A stretch of DNA of 64,000 nucleotides. Source: Alphaproteobacteria bacterium (GTDB lineage Bacteria; Pseudomonadota; Alphaproteobacteria; RF32; CAG-239). Below are positions 47,371 through 56,859 of this stretch, piece after piece. How positions within the stretch are numbered: the first letter of the stretch is position 1; every line of letters starts with the position of its first letter. Where the stretch lies: NCBI GenBank assembly GCA_045632645.1, contig JAZQXC010000003.1, positions 2,033-66,032 on the forward strand, written 5' to 3'. Under the pieces are notes generated by a model. It was not told where the DNA came from. It saw nothing but the letters and a program-made list of their open reading frames with translations, and did not search any database. The position numbers and the translations under genes were made by a program.

Positions 47371-48947
47371 TGACATCTTTAGAGAAGAAAGCATTTAAAG
47401 GTTTAACAACTGGGATTAAGGTTAGAAAACCTCGTTATTATTATCAGGATATTGTTGAAGTATATAATGAAGATACAATAAAAAACATTGAGCTTACAAA
47501 ATTTGAAGGACTTGAGTATAATGTGAACCAAAGAGTGATTAGGTTTAAAGAAAAAACTTTGTGGAACAATACCATATCTCCATATATTATGAGAATTTTA
47601 GCACCTTATAATGATGAAAAGTATTTAGCTTTGGCTAGATTTGTTAATTATAATATTGTTGGTTCTCCTGATATTAAAGAGGGTGTTGCAAGTGGCTTTA
47701 GTTCTTCTGATTATATTCTTGTACCAGAGCCTTTTAATCCTAAAGCTAAAACTTGGGAAATTGTTATAAAATGTACAACAAGTGATAGTTTTGTTAATGA
47801 GAGTTATCTTTATGGTAATAAAAGCACAAATAGGTCAACTCCTCAATTAGCCACATCTGCAACAGGTAATATTAAAATATATATGGCAAGTACAACAGGC
47901 AGTTGGAATATTGCAGATAATGTTCTATCTGAAAATGTGCTAGAGGTAAACACAACTTATTATATTAAAACTTCTTTTGATGGGGCTAATTATATTGTTA
48001 GCGTTAGAAAAGATGGAGAAAGTGAATGGGTTGAGTTTATTAATATTGCATCAACCTTGACAATATATGGTACTGACCAATTAGAGCTTGCTATTGGAAT
48101 GGATAGTGGTAATCAACCTTGGAATGGTAGTATCGATTTAAATGAGTGTCATATTATAGTTGGTAGTGCTATTTTATGGGGAAAGGATGCAAATAATATT
48201 TTTGAGCTAAAGGGTTGTTTGCTTGAAGATGGTAGTCGTTTATCTGCATATAACACAGCATTTTGTGGTGGCGGTGAAGTTCTATTAAGTTCATCTGACA
48301 ATGATAGGGAAGGATATGCTTGGGGTGGTAAAATTGATTTTCCTCCTGAGTTGCCTTTTTATAAAGCTTATAAGATAAACTATAATATTGTAGGTAAAAT
48401 GTTATACAGTTGTATAAATCGTTATGATTATGATAGTAGTTTGAGCGATGCATATATCACAGGATATAAAGCTAGAGGATTTGATGCCTCAAACTATATT
48501 GAGATACCAGCTATGAAAAATTATAATAGTTATGAGATGGTGTTTAGAGGTGGTATATATAATCAGACTGGTGGACATTTAGTATGGGGCGATAATACAT
48601 CATCATTTTTTATACAAACAAACTCTAAAAAGTTATCTATTTCTAAAGGCTCTACTTATGTTGGTACTAATGTTATACCTATCGATACAATATATGAGTT
48701 TAAGCTTGTATGGGATGGTACAAACTCTACTTGGTATTCAAGGGTTGCAGTTCCATATGGAGCTTTAGAAAATCCTTGGGTACTTGAGGGGACAAAAAAC
48801 ATCGATTTGTTTGATGGAGCTAATGTTCTTAGAATTGGAGGACCTTCTACTAGTACATCGTATTATTGGAAGGGTGATATAGATTTGTTAAACAGCTATA
48901 TAAAGGTTGATGATGAATATTATTGGAAGCCTTTAACTGAGGTGTAA
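47370..48947 (+). CDS. phage tail-fibre or receptor-binding-like protein (525 aa; lectin/LamG-like segments suspected)
   Basis: Composition typical of fibre proteins. Hairpin downstream. Confidence 0.45.
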   Translation: MTSLEKKAFKGLTTGIKVRKPRYYYQDIVEVYNEDTIKNIELTKFEGLEYNVNQRVIRFKEKTLWNNTISPYIMRILAPYNDEKYLALARFVNYNIVGSPDIKEGVASGFSSSDYILVPEPFNPKAKTWEIVIKCTTSDSFVNESYLYGNKSTNRSTPQLATSATGNIKIYMASTTGSWNIADNVLSENVLEVNTTYYIKTSFDGANYIVSVRKDGESEWVEFINIASTLTIYGTDQLELAIGMDSGNQPWNGSIDLNECHIIVGSAILWGKDANNIFELKGCLLEDGSRLSAYNTAFCGGGEVLLSSSDNDREGYAWGGKIDFPPELPFYKAYKINYNIVGKMLYSCINRYDYDSSLSDAYITGYKARGFDASNYIEIPAMKNYNSYEMVFRGGIYNQTGGHLVWGDNTSSFFIQTNSKKLSISKGSTYVGTNVIPIDTIYEFKLVWDGTNSTWYSRVAVPYGALENPWVLEGTKNIDLFDGANVLRIGGPSTSTSYYWKGDIDLLNSYIKVDDEYYWKPLTEV

Positions 48948-48963
48948 ATGATAGAGTGATGAT

Positions 48964-48982
48964 AAGGCGCTTTTAGCGCCTT
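48964..48982 (+). terminator. hairpin (AAGGCGC/GCGCCTT) after the fibre gene; weak T-tract
   Basis: 7-bp perfect stem. Confidence 0.35.
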
Positions 48983-48987
48983 ATTTT

Positions 48988-49380
48988 ATGGAGGTGGTTT
49001 TGAAAAAATATATTTCAAAAAAAGAACGGATGGTTAATAAGGTTTTAGAAGAATTAAGGGGTGGTAAATCTCTTTATGCTTCGTGCTTTGAGGTTGGAAT
49101 TAGAACAGGGGAATTTTATGATTTTATAGCTAAAAATGATAAAGCTAAAGAAAAGTATTTATTTGCGCTTACGGATTATGCTGATAAATGTGTTGATGAT
49201 ATTAGAGGGATTGTTGATGAGCTAAAAAAAGGAGAAATTGATAATTCAACAGCTAAATTGTTGATTGATACATTAAAATGGCTTGTGAGCAAAAGTAATC
49301 AAGATGTTAATGGAGTGGGAAGTAATGATAGCGAAGCTGGAGATGAGGACTTTAAAGAAATTGTTGTAAAATTTGTATAG
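48988..49380 (+). CDS. putative terminase small subunit
   Basis: Sits immediately upstream of the large terminase. ~130 aa with an HTH-like N-terminus. Alternative TTG start at 49000 behind GGAGG. Confidence 0.4.
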   Translation: MEVVLKKYISKKERMVNKVLEELRGGKSLYASCFEVGIRTGEFYDFIAKNDKAKEKYLFALTDYADKCVDDIRGIVDELKKGEIDNSTAKLLIDTLKWLVSKSNQDVNGVGSNDSEAGDEDFKEIVVKFV

Positions 49381-49392
49381 TGGGAGTTTTTT

Positions 49393-50691
49393 ATGAAGGT
49401 GGAATTACCAAGAGCATTTCAGGAGTTATTAACTGCAAAGGCTAGGTATAAATTGTTTTATGGTGGAAGAGCTGGTGGGAAATCTTTTGCTTTTGCTGAT
49501 GCGTTATTAATAAAAGCAACTAGTAAAAAAATGCTTATTGCTTGTGTTAGAGAAGTTCAAAACTCTATTAAAGATTCTGTTTATAAATTGATTGCAGATA
49601 GAATTAGCTTTTATGGCTTAAAAGAGTATAAGCTTTATGAGGATAGGATTGTTAATTTAAAGAATAAATCAAAATTTATTTTTAAAGGTGTGTTAGAACA
49701 ACATTCACAAAATATAAAGTCTTTGGAAGGGGTGGATATTTGTTGGTGTGAAGAAGCGCAAAAAATATCGGCAAGAGCTTGGGAAATTTTGGACCCAACA
49801 ATTAGAAAAGATGGTTCTGAAATTTGGTTATCAATGAATAGGGAAGAAGAATGTGATCCAGTTTGGAAGGCTCTTGCCTTAAAGGCTTATGATGATGTTA
49901 TACTTAGAAAAGTAAATTATTATGATAATCCTTATTGCCCTTTGGGAATGAAGAAGCTTGCTTTGAAGATGAAGGAGGAAAATTATGAAGAGTATCTTCA
50001 TGTGTGGGAAGGAGAGCCTAGATTAGAGGCAGGAAATCATTTAATTGGACGTGAAGAAGTATATAAGGCTTTTGAGGGAAATAGGGTAAATTTGATGGGG
50101 TATGCACCTTTAATTATTGGGGTTGATGTGGCAAGATTTGGCGATGATAAGACTGCTATTTGTTTTAGGCGTGGAAGAGTGGTTGAAAAATTTTTATTGT
50201 TTGAAAAATTAGATGTTGTTCAAGTTGCGCACCAAGTGTCGGGGATTATTGCAGAGTATAATCCGGTCAGAGTTTGTATTGATATTGGTGGATGCGGTGC
50301 TGGTGTTTATGATGTTTTAGTTAGTAATGGATTTTTAGATATTTTGGTGGCAATTAATTTTGGGCAGAAGGCTGAAAATCCTGAAAGATATGTTAATCGT
50401 AGAGCAGAGATGTGGGATAGAGTTAGAGAATGGCTTAAGTCTGATGTTGGTGTTTTTTTGCCTAAGGTGGATGGTGTTGTTGAAGATTTGACAGCTCCAT
50501 TAAAAATTTATGATAGCATTGGAAGACTTCAGCTTGAGGCTAAATCTGAGATTAAAAAACGCATAGGACACTCAACAGATGTGGGTGATGCGTTGGCGCT
50601 AACTTTTGCGATTAAAAATGTGGAGTATCTAACGAGTATAAGTAGGTTAAAAAGAGGAGGTGAGTATGTTGATGATGGGGTTTATTTGTAA
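49393..50691 (+). CDS. terminase large subunit (PBSX/XtmB-like family)
   Basis: KLFYGGRAGGKSFAFADALLIKA Walker A. 432 aa. C-terminal nuclease-like acidic residues. Confidence 0.8.
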   Translation: MKVELPRAFQELLTAKARYKLFYGGRAGGKSFAFADALLIKATSKKMLIACVREVQNSIKDSVYKLIADRISFYGLKEYKLYEDRIVNLKNKSKFIFKGVLEQHSQNIKSLEGVDICWCEEAQKISARAWEILDPTIRKDGSEIWLSMNREEECDPVWKALALKAYDDVILRKVNYYDNPYCPLGMKKLALKMKEENYEEYLHVWEGEPRLEAGNHLIGREEVYKAFEGNRVNLMGYAPLIIGVDVARFGDDKTAICFRRGRVVEKFLLFEKLDVVQVAHQVSGIIAEYNPVRVCIDIGGCGAGVYDVLVSNGFLDILVAINFGQKAENPERYVNRRAEMWDRVREWLKSDVGVFLPKVDGVVEDLTAPLKIYDSIGRLQLEAKSEIKKRIGHSTDVGDALALTFAIKNVEYLTSISRLKRGGEYVDDGVYL

Positions 50692-50712
50692 TTTGTTATT
50701 TAATTTTATTTA

Positions 50713-50735
50713 AGAGAGCTTGGCTCTTTTTTTTT
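50713..50735 (+). terminator. hairpin plus T9
   Basis: AGAGC/GCTCT plus TTTTTTTTT. Confidence 0.45.
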
Positions 50736-50756
50736 GTTTATTTTATGGAGGTATTT

Positions 50757-52379
50757 ATGTTTGAAAATTTGAATCAAAAAGATAAATTAAAGTATAAATC
50801 TAAGATTGTTGCTGATGATATTTTGGGAACATTTGAGGCAATGAAAAAAGAACGAAAAGAGTGGGAGCCTATGTGGAATAAGGCTGCTGAAATGTGTGCT
50901 ATTAATTCTAAACTTTTTAATAAAGATGAAAATGGTAGGCATAGGCAAACTATATTTGACAGTACAGCTCGTAATGCTTTAACTTGTTTTGCGGCGAGCT
51001 TAAAATCTGTTATTGTGCCAACTACATCTAAATGGCATAGATTAAAAGCAGTGGATCCTAAACTTGATGAAAATGATGAGGTGAAGAAATATTTAGAATA
51101 TGCAACAGATTTGTTATTTAGAGTGAGATATTCATCTAAAGCAAATTTTGCTAGCGAAAGTGATTTGATGTTCAATCAACTTGGTATTTATGGACATGCT
51201 CTTTGGATGGTTGATGATGAAGTTGGTAAAGGAATTGTGTATAGAGCTATTCCTGTTAATGAGGCTTATATTAAGAGGAATGATAGAGGCGGCATTGAGT
51301 GTGTTATTAGAGAGTATGAGCTTAGCGCTAAAGAGGCATATGCTAGATTTGGTGATAAGGTTTCAGGTGAGATAAAGAGGGCATTAAGTGGAGCGCCTAA
51401 TCGTTTATTTAAGTTTATTCATGCTGTGTTTGAAAAAGAGGACTATGATGTTAAGAAAAAAGATAGTAAAGGAATGAGATTTGCAAGTGTTCATTTGGAG
51501 GTTGGTAATAGAAAAATTGTGCAAGAAGGGGGATATAGATGTTGTCCGTATATGGCGCCTAGATTTTTGGGGATTCCTGGTAGTTCTTATGGAGATAGCC
51601 CAGCTTTGCAAGCTTTTTATGATATGCTTACAGCTAATGAAATGGGAAAAACTATTCTTAGAACAGGGCAATTACAGGCAAATCCTCCGATTTTGACTAA
51701 TATGGGGTTGATTGATACTAATAAGTTAGGGTCTGCTGGGGCTGTGATTAGAGGTGGTCTTGATAATCAGGGGAGACCAGCTGCTGTTTCTATGCAATAT
51801 GGGAATAATCTTTCTATTACTATTGAAATGCAACGAGAAATTAGAGCTTCTATTGAGAGAGCATTTTTGGTGCCTTTGTTTCAATCTTTGACACAATCAA
51901 AGCAGATGACTGCAACTGAAGTTGAAAAAAGAGAAATGGAAAAATCTATGCTTTTGGCTCCTATGTGTGAAAGAATTGCTTCTGAATGGTTGACTGGAAA
52001 TATTGAAAGAGAGCTTGATATTTTAATGTCTTATGGAATGCTTGATGGTGTGCCAGATGAGTTGATGAAAGAGGGGGCTATTGCTATAGAGTTTGAAAGT
52101 CCGGCTGTTCGTATGCAAGATGCTAGTTCTATTATGGGGCTTTATAAAACAGTTGAAGCTGCAGTGACTTTGAGCCAGTCAAATCCTTCTGTTCTTGATA
52201 TATTTGATATGGAGAGTGCTCTTCGTAAAATTGCTGATTATCATGGAGTTGATAGTAGCATTGTTAGAACTAAAGAGGATATCGAAATGTTAAAGCTTAG
52301 GGCTTCAATGAAAAATGCTGAAGCAATGATGGGCGTTGTTGCCAATCCATTAATGTCTGCAATGAATAGCATTAAATGA
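50757..52379 (+). CDS. putative portal protein
   Basis: Position after the large terminase. 541 aa. Start placed at the ATG behind GGAGG. Confidence 0.5.
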   Translation: MFENLNQKDKLKYKSKIVADDILGTFEAMKKERKEWEPMWNKAAEMCAINSKLFNKDENGRHRQTIFDSTARNALTCFAASLKSVIVPTTSKWHRLKAVDPKLDENDEVKKYLEYATDLLFRVRYSSKANFASESDLMFNQLGIYGHALWMVDDEVGKGIVYRAIPVNEAYIKRNDRGGIECVIREYELSAKEAYARFGDKVSGEIKRALSGAPNRLFKFIHAVFEKEDYDVKKKDSKGMRFASVHLEVGNRKIVQEGGYRCCPYMAPRFLGIPGSSYGDSPALQAFYDMLTANEMGKTILRTGQLQANPPILTNMGLIDTNKLGSAGAVIRGGLDNQGRPAAVSMQYGNNLSITIEMQREIRASIERAFLVPLFQSLTQSKQMTATEVEKREMEKSMLLAPMCERIASEWLTGNIERELDILMSYGMLDGVPDELMKEGAIAIEFESPAVRMQDASSIMGLYKTVEAAVTLSQSNPSVLDIFDMESALRKIADYHGVDSSIVRTKEDIEMLKLRASMKNAEAMMGVVANPLMSAMNSIK

Positions 52380-52399
52380 TGTTTTTTTATAAAAAGAAA

Positions 52400-52422
52400 A
52401 ACCGTCGATTGTCTCGACGGTT
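52400..52422 (-). terminator. terminator of the minus-strand kinase gene (9-bp perfect stem AACCGTCGA/TCGACGGTT, T-run on the minus strand)
   Basis: Read directly. Confidence 0.6.
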
Positions 52423-52433
52423 CTTAGATTAGA

Positions 52434-53972
52434 TTACATTACATTGTAATTTGGGGTGTATATATTCTGATTAGCATGGTCGTGGCTAGGCTTATTGAAC
52501 AAGTCTGCTAGACCATTGATTGGAATATATGCGTAATTTGGGCGAGATGTTACTTCGTATTTTACCTCATAGAGGTTTTTGCGTAATATCTCTAGACTTA
52601 ACCATGGGTCTGATAATTTATGGTCACCTAAAAACTCTCTTGATACTTCGTTTATAAGAGGTTTTATAGCTTCTAGTCCCCATTTTTTACGTTCTTCTTT
52701 TATTTCTTGGTTTGGAGCGTTTGAGGTATAGTCTTCAACAGCGACAGCGCCTAAGTATCCTTTTATAGAACGATACATGCCTGCGATATCTCGAACGCTT
52801 ATGTATTTTTGTTTGCGCTCTCTCATTGGAAGAGCAGGTTCGCCAGCAAAATCAATGAAGCGTAAGTCATTGTCTGGGGTAACCATAACTTGACCTAAGT
52901 GGAAGTCACCATGTACACGATGGGTTAGGGTTGTTGATTTACCTTCTCTTATGGCCTTTAATTTTGGGGAAATAAACTCATGAGTGTATTCTTCCCAGTG
53001 CATGATTAAATCTTGAGCTTTTTCTTTTGTGTCAGTTGGAAGATCAGCTAATTTTTCGATAATGTCTCTTTTTGTTTGATATAAGAGTACTTGAAGATTT
53101 TTTTCATAAATGTTGATGAAGTTTTCATCAGGTAGTTGAGGAGTAAACTCTTCTTTTTCATCTGGTCTTGATAAACATTCATTCATTTCTTTTGTTCGTT
53201 TGCTCAATGTTCTTATTAAATCCATAAATTCAGGATTGTCATTGGCTGTAATATCTCTTTGGATTAGATAATTTATACGAAGTTTTTCTTGGAGAATTGA
53301 TTTTAAGTAATTCCACATATCGCCTTTGTTTGGTACAAACTCTTGAATAACACCACCTGATGCTTCAACACCTTCTGGTGTTCTCCAAATTAGACCACCA
53401 TATGTTTGAGGCATGAATGTTGCTTCTTCACGCATGAGCTTTTCGTTCATCTCAAACTCTGAATTAATATCTGGTGAAAATTCTAACATGCGCTCTAGTT
53501 TGAAAGCAAGTTTGCCATCGCCAATTTTGAGCGTGGTGTTACTTTGTTCTACACCAAGTGCTTTTGATGTTTCATCTTTGTGTTCTTGTAACATATCTTT
53601 GGAATTATAAATTGTTGTGCTTTCTAGTGACCAACCATTTGGAAAAGTGATTTTGCCATTATTTTCTCTCATTAATTGGGTGAAAGATTGCCAAAAATCA
53701 GGCTCTATAGTGGCATCTGTGTAGTAATAGCCATCGTCTAGAAAAAGAAAATTCCCCTTTTGGGGTGGAGTCTCTTTTATAGCAAGTGGCATGGAAAAAA
53801 AGCGTTTTGTATTGTCATCTAAGGTAACTTCGCCGATTACGAATAATTTGTTATTATTATCAAAGGGAAGTTGTTCTAGAGCAAGGGAGGTTACTTGATT
53901 GTTTTCAATCTTGGTTTTAAAATCACACCAACGGCATTCGTGGATGTAATTAAGAATTTTTGTGGTATTCAT
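52434..53972 (-). CDS. maltokinase-like protein (Mak/Pep2 family, APH-fold kinase)
   Basis: VHGDFHLGQVMV and IDFAGEP match the Mak catalytic and Mg-binding motifs. Start at ATG 53972 behind AAGGAA. Confidence 0.65.
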   Translation of the reverse strand: MNTTKILNYIHECRWCDFKTKIENNQVTSLALEQLPFDNNNKLFVIGEVTLDDNTKRFFSMPLAIKETPPQKGNFLFLDDGYYYTDATIEPDFWQSFTQLMRENNGKITFPNGWSLESTTIYNSKDMLQEHKDETSKALGVEQSNTTLKIGDGKLAFKLERMLEFSPDINSEFEMNEKLMREEATFMPQTYGGLIWRTPEGVEASGGVIQEFVPNKGDMWNYLKSILQEKLRINYLIQRDITANDNPEFMDLIRTLSKRTKEMNECLSRPDEKEEFTPQLPDENFINIYEKNLQVLLYQTKRDIIEKLADLPTDTKEKAQDLIMHWEEYTHEFISPKLKAIREGKSTTLTHRVHGDFHLGQVMVTPDNDLRFIDFAGEPALPMRERKQKYISVRDIAGMYRSIKGYLGAVAVEDYTSNAPNQEIKEERKKWGLEAIKPLINEVSREFLGDHKLSDPWLSLEILRKNLYEVKYEVTSRPNYAYIPINGLADLFNKPSHDHANQNIYTPNYNVM

Positions 53973-54081
53973 ATCAAAAGATTCCTTTATTATTGTTTTT
54001 ATGATTGATGTATATAATACTAAAAAATACTTGTCAAAGATTCTTTTTATTTTTATTTTGAAAAAAAAAGGAGTATTTGGC

Positions 54082-56217
54082 ATGAATAAATTAACTAATT
54101 TAGCAGAGATGGTTGGAATTTCATCTTCTTATATTGATAAAACAGGTAAAAAGCATGATACACCTGATGATGTACGCAGATTTTTTTTAGAGGCTATGGG
54201 GATAAAAGCGAAGAATGATAATGAAATAGAAGCTGAAATAAAAAGAGTTTTAGAGCCTTTGTTAATTGAAGAAGTGCTTGCGTTTTATGAAGATGAAGAA
54301 ATTTTAATCAAAATTAAGGCAAATGGAGTCTTTAAGGTTATTTTGAGTAATGAAGATGGAGAGCTTGTTGAAGAATTAAAGGTTAATGGCAATGAGGATT
54401 TTTCTTTTAGGGTATCTGAGTTCGGTTATTATAATCTAAAAGTTGAAGAAGAAGGTGGTGATAAAAAGGCTGAAAGTTTTATAATTTATGCACCAAAGTA
54501 TTGTTATTTGCCTCAATTTATAAAAAATAAAGAACATATTTTTGGTGTGTCTTTGATGATGTATGCACTGAAGTCTGAAAATAGTATTGGTATTGGGGAT
54601 TTTGGTGATTTGGAGGAAATTGTTAAGTTAACTGCTAAAAATGGTGGTGATGTTGTTGGGCTTAGTCCTTTGGGAGCGATGAGTCCTTATACTCTTCCTA
54701 AATCTATACTTAATATGTTTAAGGGTGATGTTTCTCCGTATAGAACGCTAAGTAGGTTATTTATAAACTATGCATATATTAGTTTGAAAGATGTTGAGGA
54801 TTATAAAAACTCTGCTGATGTTTTGAGTTTTATGAATGATGAAGGAGTTAAAAATGAAATTAGGCGCTTAAATGAAAGCGATAAAGTGCTTTATACTCCT
54901 GTATTAATGTTAAAGCTTAAAATTCTTACAATGATGTATAAGGAATTTATTAAAAACGGAAGTATTGAGAGAAAAAATGAGTTTTTAAGATATAAAGATG
55001 AAAAAGGGGAAGAATTATATAATCTTTGTTTGTTTGAAGCATTATTAGAGCGAAATAGAGGAGTTCCTTTTTGGCGTTTTTGGATGGATGGGACTGATGA
55101 TATAAATTCTTTGGTTACAAGAAAATTTGCTGATGAGAATAAAGAACGTATTGATGTTTTTGCTTATTGTCATTGGCTTGCTGATTTGCAACTTAAAAAA
55201 TTGCAGAATTTAGCGATTGAACTTGGAATGAAAGTTGGACTTTATACGGATATGCCGATTGGAGCTGCGTCTAATGGAGCTGAAGTTTGGGAAAATACTG
55301 AAGCATATGTTTTAGATGCTGGAATTGGTGCGCCGGCTGACCCAATGAGACCAAGGGGACAAAGCTGGGGATTTACTCCTTATCATCCTCATGTTTTAAG
55401 AAAGCAAAAGTATGCGCCTTTTATTAAACTTGCTCGTGAAAATATGATAAATTCTGGTGCGTTGAGAATTGACCATGCTATGGGATTGTTAAGATTGTTT
55501 TGGGGATTTTTTGAAGAAGGAAATCCTGTTGTGCAGGGTGCGTATGTGTATTATGATATGAAGGTTTTAACTGCGATTTTGGCTGTTGAAAGTAATAGAG
55601 CTAAATGTTTAATTATTGGAGAAGATTTGGGTACGGTGCCGGAAGGATTTAGAGAATATATGGCAGAACATGGACTTTTATCTTATAAAGTATTCTTTAG
55701 GCAAAAAGAAAAAGATGGTAGTTTTATTAAACCTTGTAACTATGATTATATGTCTTTGGCACAATCTTCTACTCATGACCAAGCAACAAGTGTTGGTTTT
55801 TGGTGCAATGAAGATATTGAAGTGTTTAAAAAGTGTGGTTTGTATGTTAATGATGAACAATATGTATCTAATTTGCAAGGACGCCAAAAAGATAGAGTTA
55901 ATATGATTAAAGCCTTTGATGAACTTGGTATTGTTGATGAAAAATTAAAAGGTGAAATGATTGATAGTGCTGAAAAAGGTGATGATGTGCCTGATGGGAT
56001 TGAGCGTGTGGTTAATGTGTTTGGAGCTAAAACTAATAGCGCATTGTATTTGGTTAGGTTGTGTGATATATTTGCGCAAAAGGTTTTGGATAATGCTCCA
56101 GGAACTATTGATGAATATACTAACTGGCGTGTTAAACTTGGTTGTGATATTGAGATGATTAAAAAATCAGATTGTTTTGAGAATGTTATGAATGATATTA
56201 AAAAATATCGTTCTTAA
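54082..56217 (+). CDS. malQ: 4-alpha-glucanotransferase (amylomaltase, GH77)
   Basis: GIGDFGDL, LRIDHAMGL and GEDLGTVP signature motifs. Start at ATG 54082 behind AAGGAG. Confidence 0.85.
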   Translation: MNKLTNLAEMVGISSSYIDKTGKKHDTPDDVRRFFLEAMGIKAKNDNEIEAEIKRVLEPLLIEEVLAFYEDEEILIKIKANGVFKVILSNEDGELVEELKVNGNEDFSFRVSEFGYYNLKVEEEGGDKKAESFIIYAPKYCYLPQFIKNKEHIFGVSLMMYALKSENSIGIGDFGDLEEIVKLTAKNGGDVVGLSPLGAMSPYTLPKSILNMFKGDVSPYRTLSRLFINYAYISLKDVEDYKNSADVLSFMNDEGVKNEIRRLNESDKVLYTPVLMLKLKILTMMYKEFIKNGSIERKNEFLRYKDEKGEELYNLCLFEALLERNRGVPFWRFWMDGTDDINSLVTRKFADENKERIDVFAYCHWLADLQLKKLQNLAIELGMKVGLYTDMPIGAASNGAEVWENTEAYVLDAGIGAPADPMRPRGQSWGFTPYHPHVLRKQKYAPFIKLARENMINSGALRIDHAMGLLRLFWGFFEEGNPVVQGAYVYYDMKVLTAILAVESNRAKCLIIGEDLGTVPEGFREYMAEHGLLSYKVFFRQKEKDGSFIKPCNYDYMSLAQSSTHDQATSVGFWCNEDIEVFKKCGLYVNDEQYVSNLQGRQKDRVNMIKAFDELGIVDEKLKGEMIDSAEKGDDVPDGIERVVNVFGAKTNSALYLVRLCDIFAQKVLDNAPGTIDEYTNWRVKLGCDIEMIKKSDCFENVMNDIKKYRS

Positions 56218-56248
56218 TAAGTCTTATAAATAATGTTGTAAAATTGAA

Positions 56249-56273
56249 GGAGTGCTTTGGCGCTCCTTTTTTT
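56249..56273 (+). terminator. conserved hairpin motif, copy 1 (GGAGTGC-TTTG-GCGCTCC plus T7)
   Basis: One of three related hairpins (see findings). Confidence 0.55.
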
Positions 56274-56301
56274 GTTGTAATTTTTTTATTGGAGAAAAGA
56301 T

Positions 56302-56640
56302 ATGTTTTTAAAAAAGGCAAAAAGAGAACTACAATTAGTTAAAGCTTTTCAGGAGTTATTTTTAGATGATAAAAAGGAGCTTAAAGATGCGGGAAAGATT
56401 GTTATTTCTTTTTTGAGAGATGAGGTTGGGGGACGTGGTGAATTGGGGAAGAATGGAGTTCCTTATTTTTATGATAGTAATAATAGTTTTGATGTGGGAG
56501 CTGCGGGATTTTTGCTTGGTAAAAGAAGAGTGTTTGATTTGATTATTAAATATTTATCACTTGATGAAAGAGAAATATTTAAGCTTATTAGCGTTAGTAA
56601 AAAACGTGATGAGAATTTTGATGATGAAATTAATGTTTAG
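56302..56640 (+). CDS. hypothetical protein (112 aa) in the phage region
   Basis: GGAG RBS. No domain recognised. Confidence 0.45.
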   Translation: MFLKKAKRELQLVKAFQELFLDDKKELKDAGKIVISFLRDEVGGRGELGKNGVPYFYDSNNSFDVGAAGFLLGKRRVFDLIIKYLSLDEREIFKLISVSKKRDENFDDEINV

Positions 56641-56681
56641 TTTATTTGGAATTAAAAAAATAAAAATAGATTGATTAAAAA

Positions 56682-56731
56682 GTATTGACAAGTGTGACAT
56701 AGTTGGTTTATAGTTATGTCAGAATGGTAGA
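56682..56731 (+). promoter_or_regulatory. phage-type promoter/operator unit, copy 2 (TTGACA-N18-TATAGT with perfect 7-bp palindrome TGACATA...TATGTCA)
   Basis: Near-identical to 42663-42712. Confidence 0.55.
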
Positions 56732-56735
56732 AGAG

Positions 56736-56758
56736 GCATCGATTTGATGTCTTTTTTT
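56736..56758 (+). terminator. leader terminator 2a (CATC/GATG plus T7)
   Basis: Short stem and T-run. Confidence 0.35.
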
Positions 56759-56765
56759 GTTTTTA

Positions 56766-56789
56766 GGCGCTGAAATAGCGCTTTTTTTT
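56766..56789 (+). terminator. leader terminator 2b (GGCGCT/AGCGCT plus T8)
   Basis: 6-bp GC-rich stem plus TTTTTTTT. Confidence 0.6.
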
Positions 56790-56803
56790 ATATTTAATTT
56801 TGA

Positions 56804-56828
56804 GGATTGCTTTGGCAGTCCTTTTTTT
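56804..56828 (+). terminator. conserved hairpin motif, copy 2 (GGATTGC-TTTG-GCAGTCC plus T7)
   Basis: Covaries with copy 1. Lies inside the TTG-initiated ORF extension, which is therefore rejected. Confidence 0.55.
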
Positions 56829-56859
56829 ATTTGTGTTTAACATTTTTTGTGAGGAAAAT

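Noticed and set aside
42663-56731. The two 50-bp repeats as attL/attR or as ends of a transposed 14-kb segment
   Set aside because: Both copies carry well-spaced -35/-10 hexamers and an operator-like palindrome, and lie in the same orientation directly upstream of operons. That is more consistent with duplicated regulatory elements. This cannot be excluded without comparative data.
56800-56859. TTG-initiated N-terminal extensions of the ORFs at 56800 and 59787 (and 58514)
   Set aside because: The extensions consist of the conserved hairpin plus poly-T motif. A proper RBS-ATG lies just downstream in each case.
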